The translations under genes and the position numbers were made by a program. DNA of 53,403 bases, counting the filler, from Mitosporidium daphniae (lineage: Eukaryota), in the NCBI RefSeq assembly GCF_000760515.2. It is 2 parts of 2 records of this genome, joined end to end, with 100 filler letters (N's around TTAATTAATTAA, not from the genome) between each part and the next. Parts side by side here need not be neighbours in the genome. Positions count along the whole stretch, not along the records: positions 1 to 26,690 come from NW_013546157.1; 1 more part is not named here. One strand, written 5' to 3'. Below are positions 1 through 13,837 of this stretch, piece after piece. The notes beneath the pieces were generated by a model. The model did not search any database. It was not told the origin of the DNA and saw only the letters and a list, made by a program, of their open reading frames with translations. The number at the start of each line of letters is the position of its first letter. The first letter of the stretch is position 1.

Positions 1-275
1 CCCCTCAATTGGTATCATGATCGAATGCTCAACTCATCAACTAGGTTTCACTGCCAAATACTGGAAGTAGTGTTAATTTAACTGTGCAATCGTTCATCAA
101 CCAGCTTGAGCAGAAAGCATTTTCGCCAAAAAAGTTTATTGTCGTACGGCAGCAATTGGATTCCTACGAAGCTGAATTTGCCCAATACATGTGCCATGAT
201 AAGAATTCTTTCGGGAAGGACTATGGAGATTTTCTATGTCAACTTCACTCGCAGATACAAACCCTGCTTTCGTAA
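1..275 (+). CDS. SEC24: COPII coat Sec24 family protein, 3' end only
   Basis: C-terminus 'MCHDKNSFGKDYGDFLCQLHSQIQTLLS*' matches the Sec24C/D-type terminal motif (ED...SYVDFLCHMHKEIRQLLS); the 5' part lies outside the window. Confidence 0.75.
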
Positions 276-305
276 GGAGTTTTGGGATTTATTCAACATT
301 AAAAA

Positions 306-2094
306 CTACAAACACAAATTTTCAATGTCAATTTCATTGGTATCTGCGTTATATGACAAGTAGGTGGAGGTCGACGAAAATGACCCGCAATTTGCAAAGT
401 TTGTGCCATCAATGCTGTGAACACAAGAGGGTAATAGAGTATCGCTGATGATTACCTAAAGCATAAAATAAGAGCAAACGCAACACATACTGCATCGACT
501 TCGGGACAAAGTGATAATGCTGAGTGTCTGTTGTAAAAGCTGGGCTGGATATTATCAGGAAAATGGCACAGAATAGACTGTCTTGAGATGGAATGAAATA
601 TACTTTTTAAAAACTCGGGATCGGTCGAAGGGAGAGGAAAAAGCGAATTTTTAACATAACATGCCGAGTACAGCAAAGAAAACAAAAGCAATTGCCTTTT
701 CAGGGAAATTCTCACTCTACCATCATTAGCAATTCCCTGGTACCGCGTTGGATTGCTCGAAAATATGGCATTTTCAAAGGAGAGCCTCTTTTGTAATTCG
801 GCTGGAAATTCTTGCGGAATAAATAGAGAAGAATTAACCGATTCGTTTTTCGGCAAAGTACCGCTAAGAAACAGAAATTTAATGCTTTCTCCAATCTGCT
901 TTACAAGCGCTACAAACTCGATAAAAGTATCTGGAAATAAAAGAGCCAGGGTACCATTGTAGAGCGGGATGCCTTTCCTAAAAAAAGGCCCAATAAGTGC
1001 GATTAATATGGGCGAATGGCCAGTATTTTCGAGAAGCATTTTCAGCAGCCTTGAAAAAGCAGGAATTGTCTATTCTTATAAAACATACTAATTACGGCCG
1101 GGTCGTTAAACCAAACATCTGAAAAAATGTAAACGCGTTCACCATTTGGAGCTTTTTGGCTTCTTGGCGCGTACGCAAAAAATTCTGCATTTTTCCATGG
1201 ATTGGCGAGAGATAAAGAGGGTCTTTGGTTAAAAAAGCAATCGAACATTTTCGAGTATTGCAAACCTTCCGGCTGATCGATTTCCTCAACTATTAAAGAG
1301 GTACCGGATAGTTGTCCGGATAAAAGAACTATCGATCCCTGTGTAAATATTCCATTTATGTTCTAAGCAATGACGAGATTATGTTACCTACAGTTAGTTC
1401 CGTAATTTTCAATTCAAGAGTAGAGTCCAAATCTTCTAGTATCAATTGTCCTTTGTTTCCAATCTGCAAAATACCCATAATTTTGATCTTTTTCGTTGAA
1501 TTTCTGTCAACGCCAAATAGGGAATTAATGGAAAGCACCTACATCCCGTAAATATTTCATGAGTACCAAGTTCTTGTTTAGCACGTTTGCGCAATTATGT
1601 TGAATGAATGAAAATCTGGAGGCAAGGACATCTATCTTATCTTCAGCAGAGTGTAACAATGGCTTGGGCTTTTCATTACTATCATCAAAAATATCATCTT
1701 ACTATATAAATTTGGATGCTTTCGAGTCCCATAGCATTGACGTGGTCTTTTCAGAAGAAAGGATTTCGATCGAAGGCGTTGTGTTGCCAGCAAGTGATGA
1801 TTCTTCCGTGGCTCTTTGGATGCTCAATAATTGATGCTTCGATTTTATCAAAGACATAAATTCTTGCGCCAACAAATCCGAAAGAAGAGTCACTAGGAAA
1901 ATTACAAGTAGATAGGAACCATTTTCGCCTCTACATATTTCAGTCATCTCATTAAGGTAATTCAAAAGCTCCTCCTCTGAGGATATATTATAGTGCAACA
2001 AAAGGCTCAATGCCTGAGGTGTGACGGAGATCCCATTATTCTTTGTCAAAACCCGCCAAATGGTTTTTCTTTTTACAGGAGCGCTCAATTCCAT
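306..2094 (-). CDS. DPB2: DNA polymerase epsilon subunit B, multi-exon
   Basis: Exon pieces GQLILEDLDSTLELKI, GIFTQGSIVL, IFSDVWFNDP, FSSNPTR, ISRQSILCHFP, HSALSLCP; the last exon ends NCGSF...IENLCL* at 306. Confidence 0.85.
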
Positions 2095-2413
2095 TGGCGT
2101 TTAAAAACTAATTAATTTAACGGCAAATATTCCTAATTCCGGACTGCTGGTAAACCTGTACCCTTTGCGCCGATTTCAATCCTATCAAAAAACATGCTCG
2201 TTAAAGAAACAGCTGATGACACATAGAGTCCTTTCTGCTAAATGGAGACATCATCTCTCAGATAGGGTCATAATATAGCCTTTATTGAGGGTTCGTTAAA
2301 TATTTACCATAAATACTTATCAACTGTTGGTGATTTCCGTAAATAATGGCTTTAAGGCTGTTGATTTGGAATTTCATCAAAAAATCTTCATAATTGAGAC
2401 TCCAAGCCGATGC

Positions 2414-2772
2414 TTAGATAAGGAAGGGCTTATTGGTTTCCTCCCAAAGAGTGTGTAACTGTCCAACTTGCTCAGTTGACAGGGAATTAATTTGAGAGTG
2501 TGTAAGAGTTTTTCCGAGCCTTTCAAGCGTCTCTGTTTTTATCAGCGACATTATTTAAATTTACCTTTACCCTTTTTGCTAGCTTCTACGTGTTCTTTGT
2601 ATGTTTTCCATTCGTGTATAAAATCCGTGAGTAAACCGGGATCAGTGACGCTTTTGTGATTTCTAAATTCCTGTCTGCAATATCGATCTCCCAGAATCTT
2701 GAACTCCATAGGAAGCGATCTGTGAAGCCGAAGTATTGACTTGTACAGGCCCAATACTTCAGCTCTGTTCAT
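2414..2772 (-). CDS. SDHAF3: Succinate dehydrogenase assembly factor 3 (LYR family, ACN9)
   Basis: LYKSILRLHRSLP..LGDRYCRQEFRNHK; after a ~32-nt intron LGKTL...LSTEQVGQLHTL. Confidence 0.9.
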
Positions 2773-2792
2773 TTTGAAATAAATTTTATTTT

Positions 2793-3540
2793 ATGTCAAT
2801 TTCTAGTTTGCATAGGCGCTCCCTTGGGCGTTTTTCGTCGAAAGCGCTTTTCCAAATCTCATTAATAATTCAAAGGTCTCCAATCATCCAAATAGAAAAA
2901 ACAGCATTTGAAAAGGCTTATCAAAAATACTTTTACGAAGTAGAAAAAGAACTCTCTCGTGGTCCCTTTAAACTTTCGCTGGGACTGCTTTCCGAGGCAG
3001 ATTCGAAGACTGCCTCCACACTCCAATCGAATGAGCCTGGCCAGCTTTCTTTGGAAGATGCTGATAATGCTGCCACGAGCTTGATCGAGCAAGCAAACTC
3101 GCTCCCCATAACGGACCCCAATAGAAATCCAAGCGAGAAGCTTTTTTTGGTTATTAAAAGGCCCCTTTTCGAGTTTTGGGAATTCCCTACAATTGAATAT
3201 GTTGATGGTTCATTTGAAACTCCCTTGCACAAGGTATTCGTCGGCCTTTTACTTGTACTTAGGTGGCAACAGACCATGCAAAGACCCTTTTTAGCGGTGC
3301 AGAGCCAAATTTTTATGTGCCTGGCAATGCTCCATTTGATTTCCAACAGACCGCCAATAAGGTATTTCGAATTCCTTTATTTAGACGTTCTACTTTCGAA
3401 TTGAAACTCTGCTGCCATTTCCTCCCATAACTGTGGGATCAGATTATATTGCCTATGCATGGCTCTCAAAAAGGGAATTGCAAAATTTGTTATCAAAAGA
3501 AATACCTTTGGGAAATGTTCTTTCTTGTCTAGTAGATTAG
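2793..3540 (+). CDS. MRPL46: Mitochondrial ribosomal protein mL46 (yeast MRPL17)
   Basis: IQRSPII..FEKAY..Y; LFLVIKR..WEFP; 3' exons TFYF...YAWLSKRELQ (Nudix-like C-terminus); two short introns. Confidence 0.75.
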
Positions 3541-3603
3541 TATAACTTATTATAAATATTTGTTAAAAGCCGAACAAAGAATCACTTTTATTTGCATGTA
3601 CAA

Positions 3604-4047
3604 TTATGGGGGACATCTTCTTGTCAAAGCCATCACATCTAGCATGTGGGCTTTAATGGAAAATGGATTCTTCCCATTTTTCATATGAAGTGAGTGGGTA
3701 CACTCAAGCTTGTTCTTTAAATGCTCATGTATTACAGCAAGATTTGGCACATACGCTTTAACATTCTGGTCCAGGTCCGCTATTAGTTTTCGAAAGATGA
3801 AAAGCTCAACTTCAGACATGTTTAAATCCTTCAAAGACTCAATTTCATGATCATCCGAGAACAGCTTGGCAAGAATGGAATACAAATTAGACGACAGGTT
3901 TCCACTGGGCAAGTTTCGTATGGATTCGTTGTACGATTCCAGATTAAGTAGGTAGTTGATACATTTTTGCTCGTTACTCAAGTGAGATGAAGATTCCGTG
4001 GAAAAAAATGAGCAGAATGTTTCTAAATTTTGCTTTCGAAGTACCAT
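3604..4047 (-). CDS. Hypothetical protein (~147 aa from the ATG at 4047)
   Basis: Open frame filling the space between two genes; no family recognised. Confidence 0.45.
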   Translation of the reverse strand: MVLRKQNLETFCSFFSTESSSHLSNEQKCINYLLNLESYNESIRNLPSGNLSSNLYSILAKLFSDDHEIESLKDLNMSEVELFIFRKLIADLDQNVKAYVPNLAVIHEHLKNKLECTHSLHMKNGKNPFSIKAHMLDVMALTRRCPP

Positions 4048-4106
4048 AATTGAAAATTTTATCACGTCGGTCGGAGGAAACAAATTCCAAAATAAATTTA
4101 AAATTT

Positions 4107-4759
4107 ATGGTCAAAGAGCAAGCAAATAGTTCTTCGCTACCCCCTGATGTGGCGTCAGCAAAGCCCGAGCCGCCTTCAAATATTATCAATGACATCAAAA
4201 GGCTTTGGGAGTGTAAGATTTATATGCCAATTTCTAGTGAAGCAAGCGGACCTGAAACATCAGTGTGAAATTTTACTTGATCATCAAACCCAATATGTCA
4301 AGCTAATCGACGAACGTCGACGAGCAGAAGATGAAATGATGGAACGAATTTACATTAAAGAAATAAGTGAAATTAACAGGGAGTATGAGGTACGCTGCTT
4401 TTTATTTAAAATCATCAAAGGGGGTTAAGAACCAAGTAAAGGCCAAGATTCTAACTGACCTGCAACAGAAGCGAAAAAAGTGGCACTGGATAGAAAGCGA
4501 TGTCTCTGATTCTTGCGAGTTACCAAAACTCTCATCTGTTTCCCAAATTGCCCCACTGAGGCCGTTGAGAAAGCTCCGAAAAAGGGGAAACTCTTTGCCA
4601 AAAGTGGATCCTTCTTCAGAAGATAATATTGCCAGCATCCTGCTCAATGGAAAAGGAGCGGGAAGGCAAACTGTTGCCCTTCCCTCGACATATCAAGCGC
4701 TAAAAGACCATGAAATTGAGGCTGACATTAAGCTGCTGTTCTCCTCAATAGAAACCTAA
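4107..4759 (+). CDS. Sds3/BRMS1-like coiled-coil protein (Sin3-HDAC subunit), multi-exon
   Basis: Coiled coil with pattern H..Y..L...R...EY...K..L..DLQQKRKK, basic RKLRKR, and C-terminal LKDHEIEADI resembling the Sds3 family. Confidence 0.45.
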
Positions 4760-5002
4760 CCACTGTTGTAAACTTATTGATGTAAACATTAAAAGAAAAT
4801 TTCAAAATAATTTTTGCCATTGGTAATTTCCAAGGGTGACGACAAAATCTGCATTTGAACTTTTATTTTTAATTGGTTGCATTATCAGTTATGCTCGGCA
4901 GCAAAACGTGATTGGCGTTCTTTGTTATTATCCAATACAAATCAAGTTCAAGTTATTTTTTCTGTTAAATATCGCCGGATTTTGCCAACCTTTCCTTCCT
5001 TT

Positions 5003-7012
5003 ATGAATCTATTCGAATACATAGGTGCGTGGGCGGACCAAAAGCGGATTGAGAGGGAAATTGGGCTACTGGGTTCAAACCGTCTTTTATCTTTGGACCC
5101 ACACCCATTGTGCAACAGGAATAGACTTGACCAAGTCACCCTGTATCCCTCAAGAAAATTATCGCTTCCCCCTACGCTCTCAAATCCTAGCCAGATCATT
5201 CTTTGCTCCGCCCTGACAAAGAAGTATGAATCAGCAGGAGAAGCTATCTTGTTCTCGAACGATAGTTCTCGATTTGAAGAGGCTTTTTTGCTGCTCAAGC
5301 AAGCATGTATCCAAGGCATTTCAATGAATGCCATTTCTGCTCTTGGCTTTTGCTATGAGTTTGGGCTTGGGACCTGCACCAACTATTCGTTGGCCGAGTC
5401 TGCCTATGTTCTCGCTGCAGAAAAAGGAAACGTTCCGCTGGCTCAGTCGAGGATGTCTTTTTTGCGAAAGTATGGCCGACCAGGCCTTCCGATTGATAAA
5501 AATGAAGCCGAGCACTGGGCCGATACTTTGGCTGCCCATGGCTCAGTAGGAGCTCTCTCCTGGCTAAACAGGGCTGCCCAAAATGATCTAGGGGCCGCTT
5601 TGTACTGTCTTGGCGTATGTTATCACGATGGTCTTGGGTGTGCGAAGGATGAAATCAAGGCTTTCGCCCTTTACAAGCGAGCGGCCGATCAAGGTCTTTC
5701 AAGAGCTTTTGGCATTCTCGGATATTGCTTTGGCGAGGGATTTGGGGTTGAAAAAGACTTTTCACAATCAATTTTTTATTATCAGAAGGCAGTTGAGGAT
5801 GTCTCTTCGCCAATCGATACCGTTGCCCTCTTCAATTTAGGCTGCTGCTACGAAGATGGCTCAAAGGGAGTTCCACAAGATTTTGAAAAGGCAGTTTATT
5901 ACTACAAATTAGCTGCAGATGCCGGCAATGCTTATGCGCAATCTGCTCTTGGTTACTTTTATGAATATGGTATTGGCGGCCTCCCCGTCAATACCCAGCA
6001 AGCCGTTTCTCTTTATCGTCTAGCTGCAGAGCAAGGATACCCTTGGGCACAATCTAACCTTGGGTACTGCTATCAACAAGGAATCGGTCTTCCCAAGGAT
6101 GCTAGTCTTGCCGTTTGGTGGTATGCCAAAGCAGCTACTCAGGGACATCCCCGGGCTTTGCACAATCTCGGACATTGTTATCAATCAGGTGAAGGAGTCC
6201 CGCGTGACCTAGAGAAGGCGTTCCTGCTATTTGAGAAATCTGCTGCACAGGGCCATCTCTTTGCCTTCCATTCGCTTGGGCATTGCTACCAAAACGGATT
6301 CGGCGTTCTTGTTAATCCCAGCGAAGCATACTCTTGGTATCTCAAGGCCTCCGAGTGCGGTCACGGACCAGCCCAACTATCTCTTGCTTACTGCTACAAG
6401 AATGGTATCGGGTGTGAAAAAAATTTACAAAAATGTTTGCATTGGTTTGAGCGGGCTGCACAAAATGGCGTTGCATTGGCCCAAAACATTATGGGAAGTC
6501 TATGTGAGCTAGGGCTTCACGAAACCTTTATTCCAAAAGACGCCAGAGCTGCTGTGGAATGGTATCAAAAGGCCGCTGCCCAGGACCTTTCCTATGCCAT
6601 CTGTAATTTGGGATATTGCTATGAAAGAGGAAACGGTATTGAACAGTGTTATCGCACGGCTTTTAAGCTATACGAATCTGCTGCGTTCAAAGGACACTCC
6701 CGTGCCATGGATCGCCTGGGCCTTTTTTACTTGGAGGGCAGAGGAACGGCCTCCGATTCTGAACTGGCAACACTGTGGTTTAAACGCTCCGCCCAAGCCG
6801 GATATGCTCTTGGAATGCTCCATTATGGTGAGGCTTTAGAAGAAGGCTCTGGCGTAAGCCAATCCACTTCGGAGGCTCTTCAATGGTATCAACTTGCTGC
6901 GTCAAAGGGAAGAAAAGAAGCCCTTGATAAATTGAGGATTTTATTACTAAAGCTATCAAGGGAAGATTCGGGCGATATTATTTTGTATGGACATATTGCC
7001 TGTGCTGCTTAG
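5003..7012 (+). CDS. Sel1-like repeat protein (roughly 14-15 SLR repeats), intronless
   Basis: Repeated A..NLG.CY..G.G..KD...A..WY.KAA.QG units throughout; first ATG at 5003. Confidence 0.95.
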   Translation: MNLFEYIGAWADQKRIEREIGLLGSNRLLSLDPHPLCNRNRLDQVTLYPSRKLSLPPTLSNPSQIILCSALTKKYESAGEAILFSNDSSRFEEAFLLLKQACIQGISMNAISALGFCYEFGLGTCTNYSLAESAYVLAAEKGNVPLAQSRMSFLRKYGRPGLPIDKNEAEHWADTLAAHGSVGALSWLNRAAQNDLGAALYCLGVCYHDGLGCAKDEIKAFALYKRAADQGLSRAFGILGYCFGEGFGVEKDFSQSIFYYQKAVEDVSSPIDTVALFNLGCCYEDGSKGVPQDFEKAVYYYKLAADAGNAYAQSALGYFYEYGIGGLPVNTQQAVSLYRLAAEQGYPWAQSNLGYCYQQGIGLPKDASLAVWWYAKAATQGHPRALHNLGHCYQSGEGVPRDLEKAFLLFEKSAAQGHLFAFHSLGHCYQNGFGVLVNPSEAYSWYLKASECGHGPAQLSLAYCYKNGIGCEKNLQKCLHWFERAAQNGVALAQNIMGSLCELGLHETFIPKDARAAVEWYQKAAAQDLSYAICNLGYCYERGNGIEQCYRTAFKLYESAAFKGHSRAMDRLGLFYLEGRGTASDSELATLWFKRSAQAGYALGMLHYGEALEEGSGVSQSTSEALQWYQLAASKGRKEALDKLRILLLKLSREDSGDIILYGHIACAA

Positions 7013-7067
7013 CCTAGAAATTGTACTATTTATTAAACCTATTCCAATTCAAGTACAAAATGGTTTC

Positions 7068-7074
7068 AAAAAAA
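7068..7074 (-). terminator. Pol III oligo-T terminator of the 5S gene
   Basis: T7 run on the minus strand just 3' of the 5S sequence. Confidence 0.75.
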
Positions 7075-7077
7075 TAG

Positions 7078-7196
7078 AACCTACAGCACGCAGTATTCCC
7101 ATGCGGTCACCCATCATAGTACTGACTGCGCCAGCACTGGCTTGACTTCGGGGATCGGACGAGACCCGGTGTTTTCCAGTGTGTATGGCCGTAGAT
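7078..7196 (-). rRNA. 5S ribosomal RNA
   Basis: Reverse complement ATCTACGGCCATACAC...CTCGTCCGATC.CCGAAGTCAAGC...CAGTACTATGATGGGTGACCGCATGGGAATACTGCGTGCTGTAGGT has canonical eukaryotic 5S motifs, ~119 nt. Confidence 0.97.
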
Positions 7197-7375
7197 ATTG
7201 GGCTGACAAAATAATTTAATATAAATATATTTAACTTAATCTAACAATCTCTTTCGTGACTTCCTACCTCATATATGCACCTATTCTATATGAGCGTCGG
7301 CGAAATTAATATGCCTCTTAGTTGATACCTTATTCTGATGTATTAAATTGAATTTTGGATGTTTTAAATTATTTA

Positions 7376-8553
7376 ATGATTGCATTAGGCATCGAGGGCT
7401 CAGCTAACAAAGTTGGTGTTGGCATTTATAGATCTTCCGATAAGGCAGTTCTTTCAAATATACGGAAAACATTTATAGCTCCGATTGGTGAAGGATTTCT
7501 ACCAAAAGAAACCGCCGCTCATCATCGAGCTAATATATTGGGGTTGATCAGGAATGCTCTCTGTGAATCAAACTTGTCTCCTAAAGATCTTGACTGCATT
7601 TGCTTTACCCAAGGTATTGCACAACATTAATCATTCAAAGGACCCGGGCTTGGCGCGCCACTTCATAGTATGGCCGTTGTGGCAAGAATCCTTGCTTTGT
7701 TATGGAAAAAACCGCTAGTTCCTGTGAATCATTGTATTGGCCGTAAGATATGTTTTCGATTTACCATCACAGATATCGAAATGGGAAGATCTATTACCGG
7801 AGCAAAGGATCCTGTGATCTTATATGTCAGTGGCGGCAATACGCAAGTCATTGCATATTCAAACAAAAGGTTTCCATTTGCTAATGTATTTCTTGCAGAT
7901 ATATGATTCTGGGGGAAACCGTTGATATAGCTGTTGGTAATTGCTTGGACCGTTTCGCACGCACCGTTAAGATATCTAATGACCCTAGTCCTGGCTATAA
8001 TATTGAAATTGCCGCAAGGTATTTTATAAATCTTTATTCCTCCAGGAAAGGAAAGCATCTCCTTCCACTTCCATATTCCGTTAAGGGAATGGATGTATCT
8101 TTTTCTGGGATTCTTTCCGCAATTGAGAAAGCTTATTCATCCGGGAAGCATCCCACGTATTCTATTGAGGATTATTGTTTTTCGCTGCAGGAGACAATAT
8201 TTTCGATGCTAGTAGAAGTGACGGAGAGAGCACTGTCTCATGTCGCCTCTGACGAGGTTTTGATTGTCGGTGGTGTTGGATGTATTTAAAGTAGCCGGTC
8301 TATTTTTAGGCAATTTGCGCTTACAAGAAATGATGGCTGGCATGGTTGCCGAAAGGGGAAGCACACTTTACGCCATCGATGAGAGATATTGTATTGATAA
8401 TGGAGCCATGATAGCATGCGCTGGGGCTCTTTCGCATCAAACTGGGCCGGGAATACTAGCTATCGAGGATACCGCAGTGACTCAACGGTAATTTTTTATT
8501 TTTATCAAGAAAGATTTCGGACTGATGATGTGTATGTTACGTGGAGGGCGTAG
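7376..8553 (+). CDS. KAE1: tRNA t6A synthase, KEOPS subunit Kae1/OSGEP (6 short introns)
   Basis: [81 protein letters not shown]. Confidence 0.97.
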
Positions 8554-9474
8554 CGTTCTTCTCCATTCGACGCTTGTGAATTTCCATGACGTCTGTGCGG
8601 CCCATACAGACCCAACCATCCTTTTTGACGACATATACTAATAAAAATAACCTTTTTCTAATAAGCAAACCTAAAACAGTGCCACCAGAATAGGCGTCCC
8701 TATGGGTGGCATGGTAAATAGCCCGCTGCCCCAAGTCAACGGCCTCATCGATGGAAAGATCATACCGATATTCTGAATCTAATATTCCGTAAGCAAATGT
8801 AGAGCCAGAGCCAACAGAGAAAAGATTGCCCTCTAAACGTGTGCCATCTGAATCGACATAGAAAAGACCAGGGCCTTTTTTGTCCCATCCAGCGACCATA
8901 GTTCCCTATGATGATTTACACGAAACTTACCATGGAAAGCCCCATTCCACGATACTGCAAAACCATATTTGCGAGGGTCTTTGAAGCTGCAGCTACCGAG
9001 ATTCGCTCCTTGTTCTTTAGCTCATAAAGACGGCAATGAACACCAAGGACCCGCTCCCAATATGAACAATCCGCAGCACCGCCGGCCATTGTTCCAAGGA
9101 GAAATGGATTTATCTCAATAACCTTCTTGACAGTTTGAGAAGCTACGAGAATTGAATGTTCATTTGGTACCAATATAAGAACCAGAGGTTGCTCTTGAAT
9201 CAACGGCAATTAGAACTCCATGCGCAAATTTAAACCCAAGCGTCGTCGTACCATGGTTAAGCGATAGAGGTGCACATGGGGCCTGGCCATCTTGGGCAGT
9301 ATCGCCCTTTGGCTTTCGATGTTGATGGCTGGGGGTAGAAATGATATGTTTATGAATGAACTCAATCGCCTATTTCTATAAATCTCATAGGAATACATTG
9401 CAATTGGGCGCAGTAATAAAATTCCCATCATGGCGAAAAGTCGAATCTACAAGGACAGCTGATGGTTGGGGCAT
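8537..9474 (-). CDS. PRE2: 20S proteasome subunit beta5, multi-exon
   Basis: HG|TTTLGF propeptide junction, [47 protein letters not shown]. Confidence 0.97.
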
Positions 9475-9726
9475 TGCGACGGAAAGTTTTTAAATTTCTT
9501 TTAAATTTGTAAATTTAAAAACAATGTTTATTTAATTTTACAAAAGAAATGTTCAATTACGGAGTTAATCGAAAAATTGACAAATCAAAAACTGCTTACC
9601 AAATCAGCCAATAAATCTATTGGATATAGTCCATTGATGGAAGATCCCGTGCCCTAGATTACTGTTAGCACTTGATTTACAAATATTATTGATAATTAAC
9701 TCGAAATTCTGTTGATAGTTCTATAA

Positions 9727-11739
<2,013 letters not shown>

Positions 11740-11930
11740 TGCTGTAAAATCTTGAATTATTGTTAAATTTCACTATAAATAAATAATTAACCCTAAATAT
11801 TTGATAACAAAGCGCATAGAAGAGCAGACAATTATAGACGACCCTTTGTGTAACAATTGGTCACAAGTAGCATATAAATTGTAAATAAATTCGGAATTAA
11901 ATTCAATCCCAAATCTATTTTACTATCACA

Positions 11931-12651
11931 ATGCAACGGCTATTTGGCAGTGGCAGAAAGAAGGTCTCGATAGAAGAAACTACCAGGGCACTTGACAGCA
12001 CTATCGAAAATGTACTTTATCTTTTTCATGTTAACGTCAGCTAGATGGCCGATCAAATTCGATTAGGGCCAAAATTGCACAGATTGAGCAAGACCTACAC
12101 AAGCAAGTAAAAGCAATAGACTCATTTGCCTCTGCCACAGCAAGGAACAGGGCACTTCAACTTTTAAAGCAGAAAAAGATATACGAAGAGCAACTTGTCA
12201 ATATTGAGGAACGCCAAATAGGTATGGAGCAAACGCGCCTCGGGTTAATAAGTATGCGTTGTATTTGTTATTTCTAGACGCGGAGAGTTCCCTTGCCGTT
12301 GTGTCTACAATGAAACTAGCATCTAAAGATTTGAAAAGACAATTGGAAGAAATCGACAGCACCAAACTAGCAGTATCACAAGTCCCTAATCAGTAGAGAG
12401 ATATGGATGATCTTCAGAGTTTGTTGGAAGATTCGAATGAAATGTATTCCGTGATATCCTCAGGCCATGAGATATCCAATGTTGTTGACGATGATGCTTT
12501 GGAGGAGGGTATCTTTATTTTTGTACCCTTAGAATTGCAATCTTTACAAAAATCGCAACATATATCCACGGCGACAACGTATCTCGATTCGCTTGGTGCG
12601 CGTAAAAGCGAGGCCGTCTCTGGGTTTGAAAACAGCATCGCCAGGCCATAG
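11931..12651 (+). CDS. VPS60: ESCRT-III Snf7-family protein, Vps60/CHMP5-like, multi-exon
   Basis: MQRLFGSG..., RALQLLKQKKIYEEQL, MDDLQSLLEDSNEM...VDDDALEEEL. Confidence 0.75.
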
Positions 12652-12813
12652 AAGAGGAGCCCCGCCATTTTTGCAGAAACCAAGGGCCTTCGTTTTACGC
12701 AACTTAATACACCGTTTATTGTAGCCCTAGTTTCGTGTATTAAAATTTTATCAAATGACCTAAACTTGGGAGTTGGCATAGGTTTCGTACTAGCTTTAAT
12801 GGAAACAACTACA

Positions 12814-13788
12814 TCAAAAGTAGTCCCTCCGACTGGCAGGATGAGGCAAAGGCTCATATCTACGTGGGTAAGAGGGTTTATCATAATCCCTATACGAGGA
12901 TTGACGCAAAGGTGGATTTTCGGGGTAAGAGTAATGAAATGTTTTTGGCGATCTAGAACGTTTTCGCTCGTTTCCCTCATATACAGGTCTACGATAAGAA
13001 GGCTGGCGAGGGGAAAGAGATCTTGGGGGAGGAGATCTCGAAGATTTTCTATCAGATCCTCGCAAGGAAGGGTCCCTTCCTGACACTTTGTTGCAAATTT
13101 CCGCTGGGCCCTTTCGACTGCCACCCAAACCACCACCAAGCCTACGAGGGAGCCATCCACGGACTGTCCGCCCCCTTTCTACATCCACCACGCATCGACG
13201 CTGGCCATCAATTTTCCTTCCATCCGCCTCAAAATATGCAATTTTAGCACTCTTCTCTCGCTCAAACTCGATGAACGCATAACCACGCGGAGTAGGCGCA
13301 GTTCCTGGCTTTTCAACAACAACAACAGACTTAATAACGCCATAAACCTCGAATTCTCGTCGCAATTGGCGCTCTGTGACGGAATAAGGGAGTCTCCCAA
13401 CAAAGATAGTCTTGAAAGGATCGCTCTTGAAGGATGGCTTGCAAGTTGAATATTCTTTAACTTGCTCGGCTAGCTTTTCCTCTTGTAGTTGTTTTCGCTG
13501 CAATTTCTAAATAAAGTAAAAGATAAAAAATACCGTCAAACTTTTCTCGGCCTCATCCTTGTGATCAGAAGTAGAATTTGCAGAGGAGGCATAGAGATCT
13601 TGAATGTGTTTAAGAAAAGAGCCAACGCCAGAATGTCTGCAACCAACCCTTTCATCAGGAGCCCTATCTATTGGCTTTTTATAAGCAGGGAAAGGTCGAG
13701 GTATAAAAAATCTATTCAGTGGAGGCTGGATAAATGCGCTAAGCTTGGGAGTATTTGCGGAACTTAGACCACCTCTTGAATAATCCAT
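12814..13788 (-). CDS. SNRNP70: U1 snRNP 70 kDa protein
   Basis: PPLNRFFIPRP N-terminus; DPFKTIFVGRL..RGYAFIEFERE..VDVERGRTVRGWLPRRLGGGLGGSR; RS-rich tail. Confidence 0.95.
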
Positions 13789-13837
13789 GGAATCTTAATT
13801 TTAAAATTAAAATTACAGCCTGTCGTTTATTTAAAAT

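Noticed and set aside
2205..2240. GAAAC...CTGATGA hammerhead-like core
   Set aside because: Motif order and spacing leave no room for the required stems
12414..13160. 248-aa minus-strand ORF overlapping U1-70K and VPS60
   Set aside because: Alternative-frame shadow of the R/S/P-rich U1-70K tail; no family features
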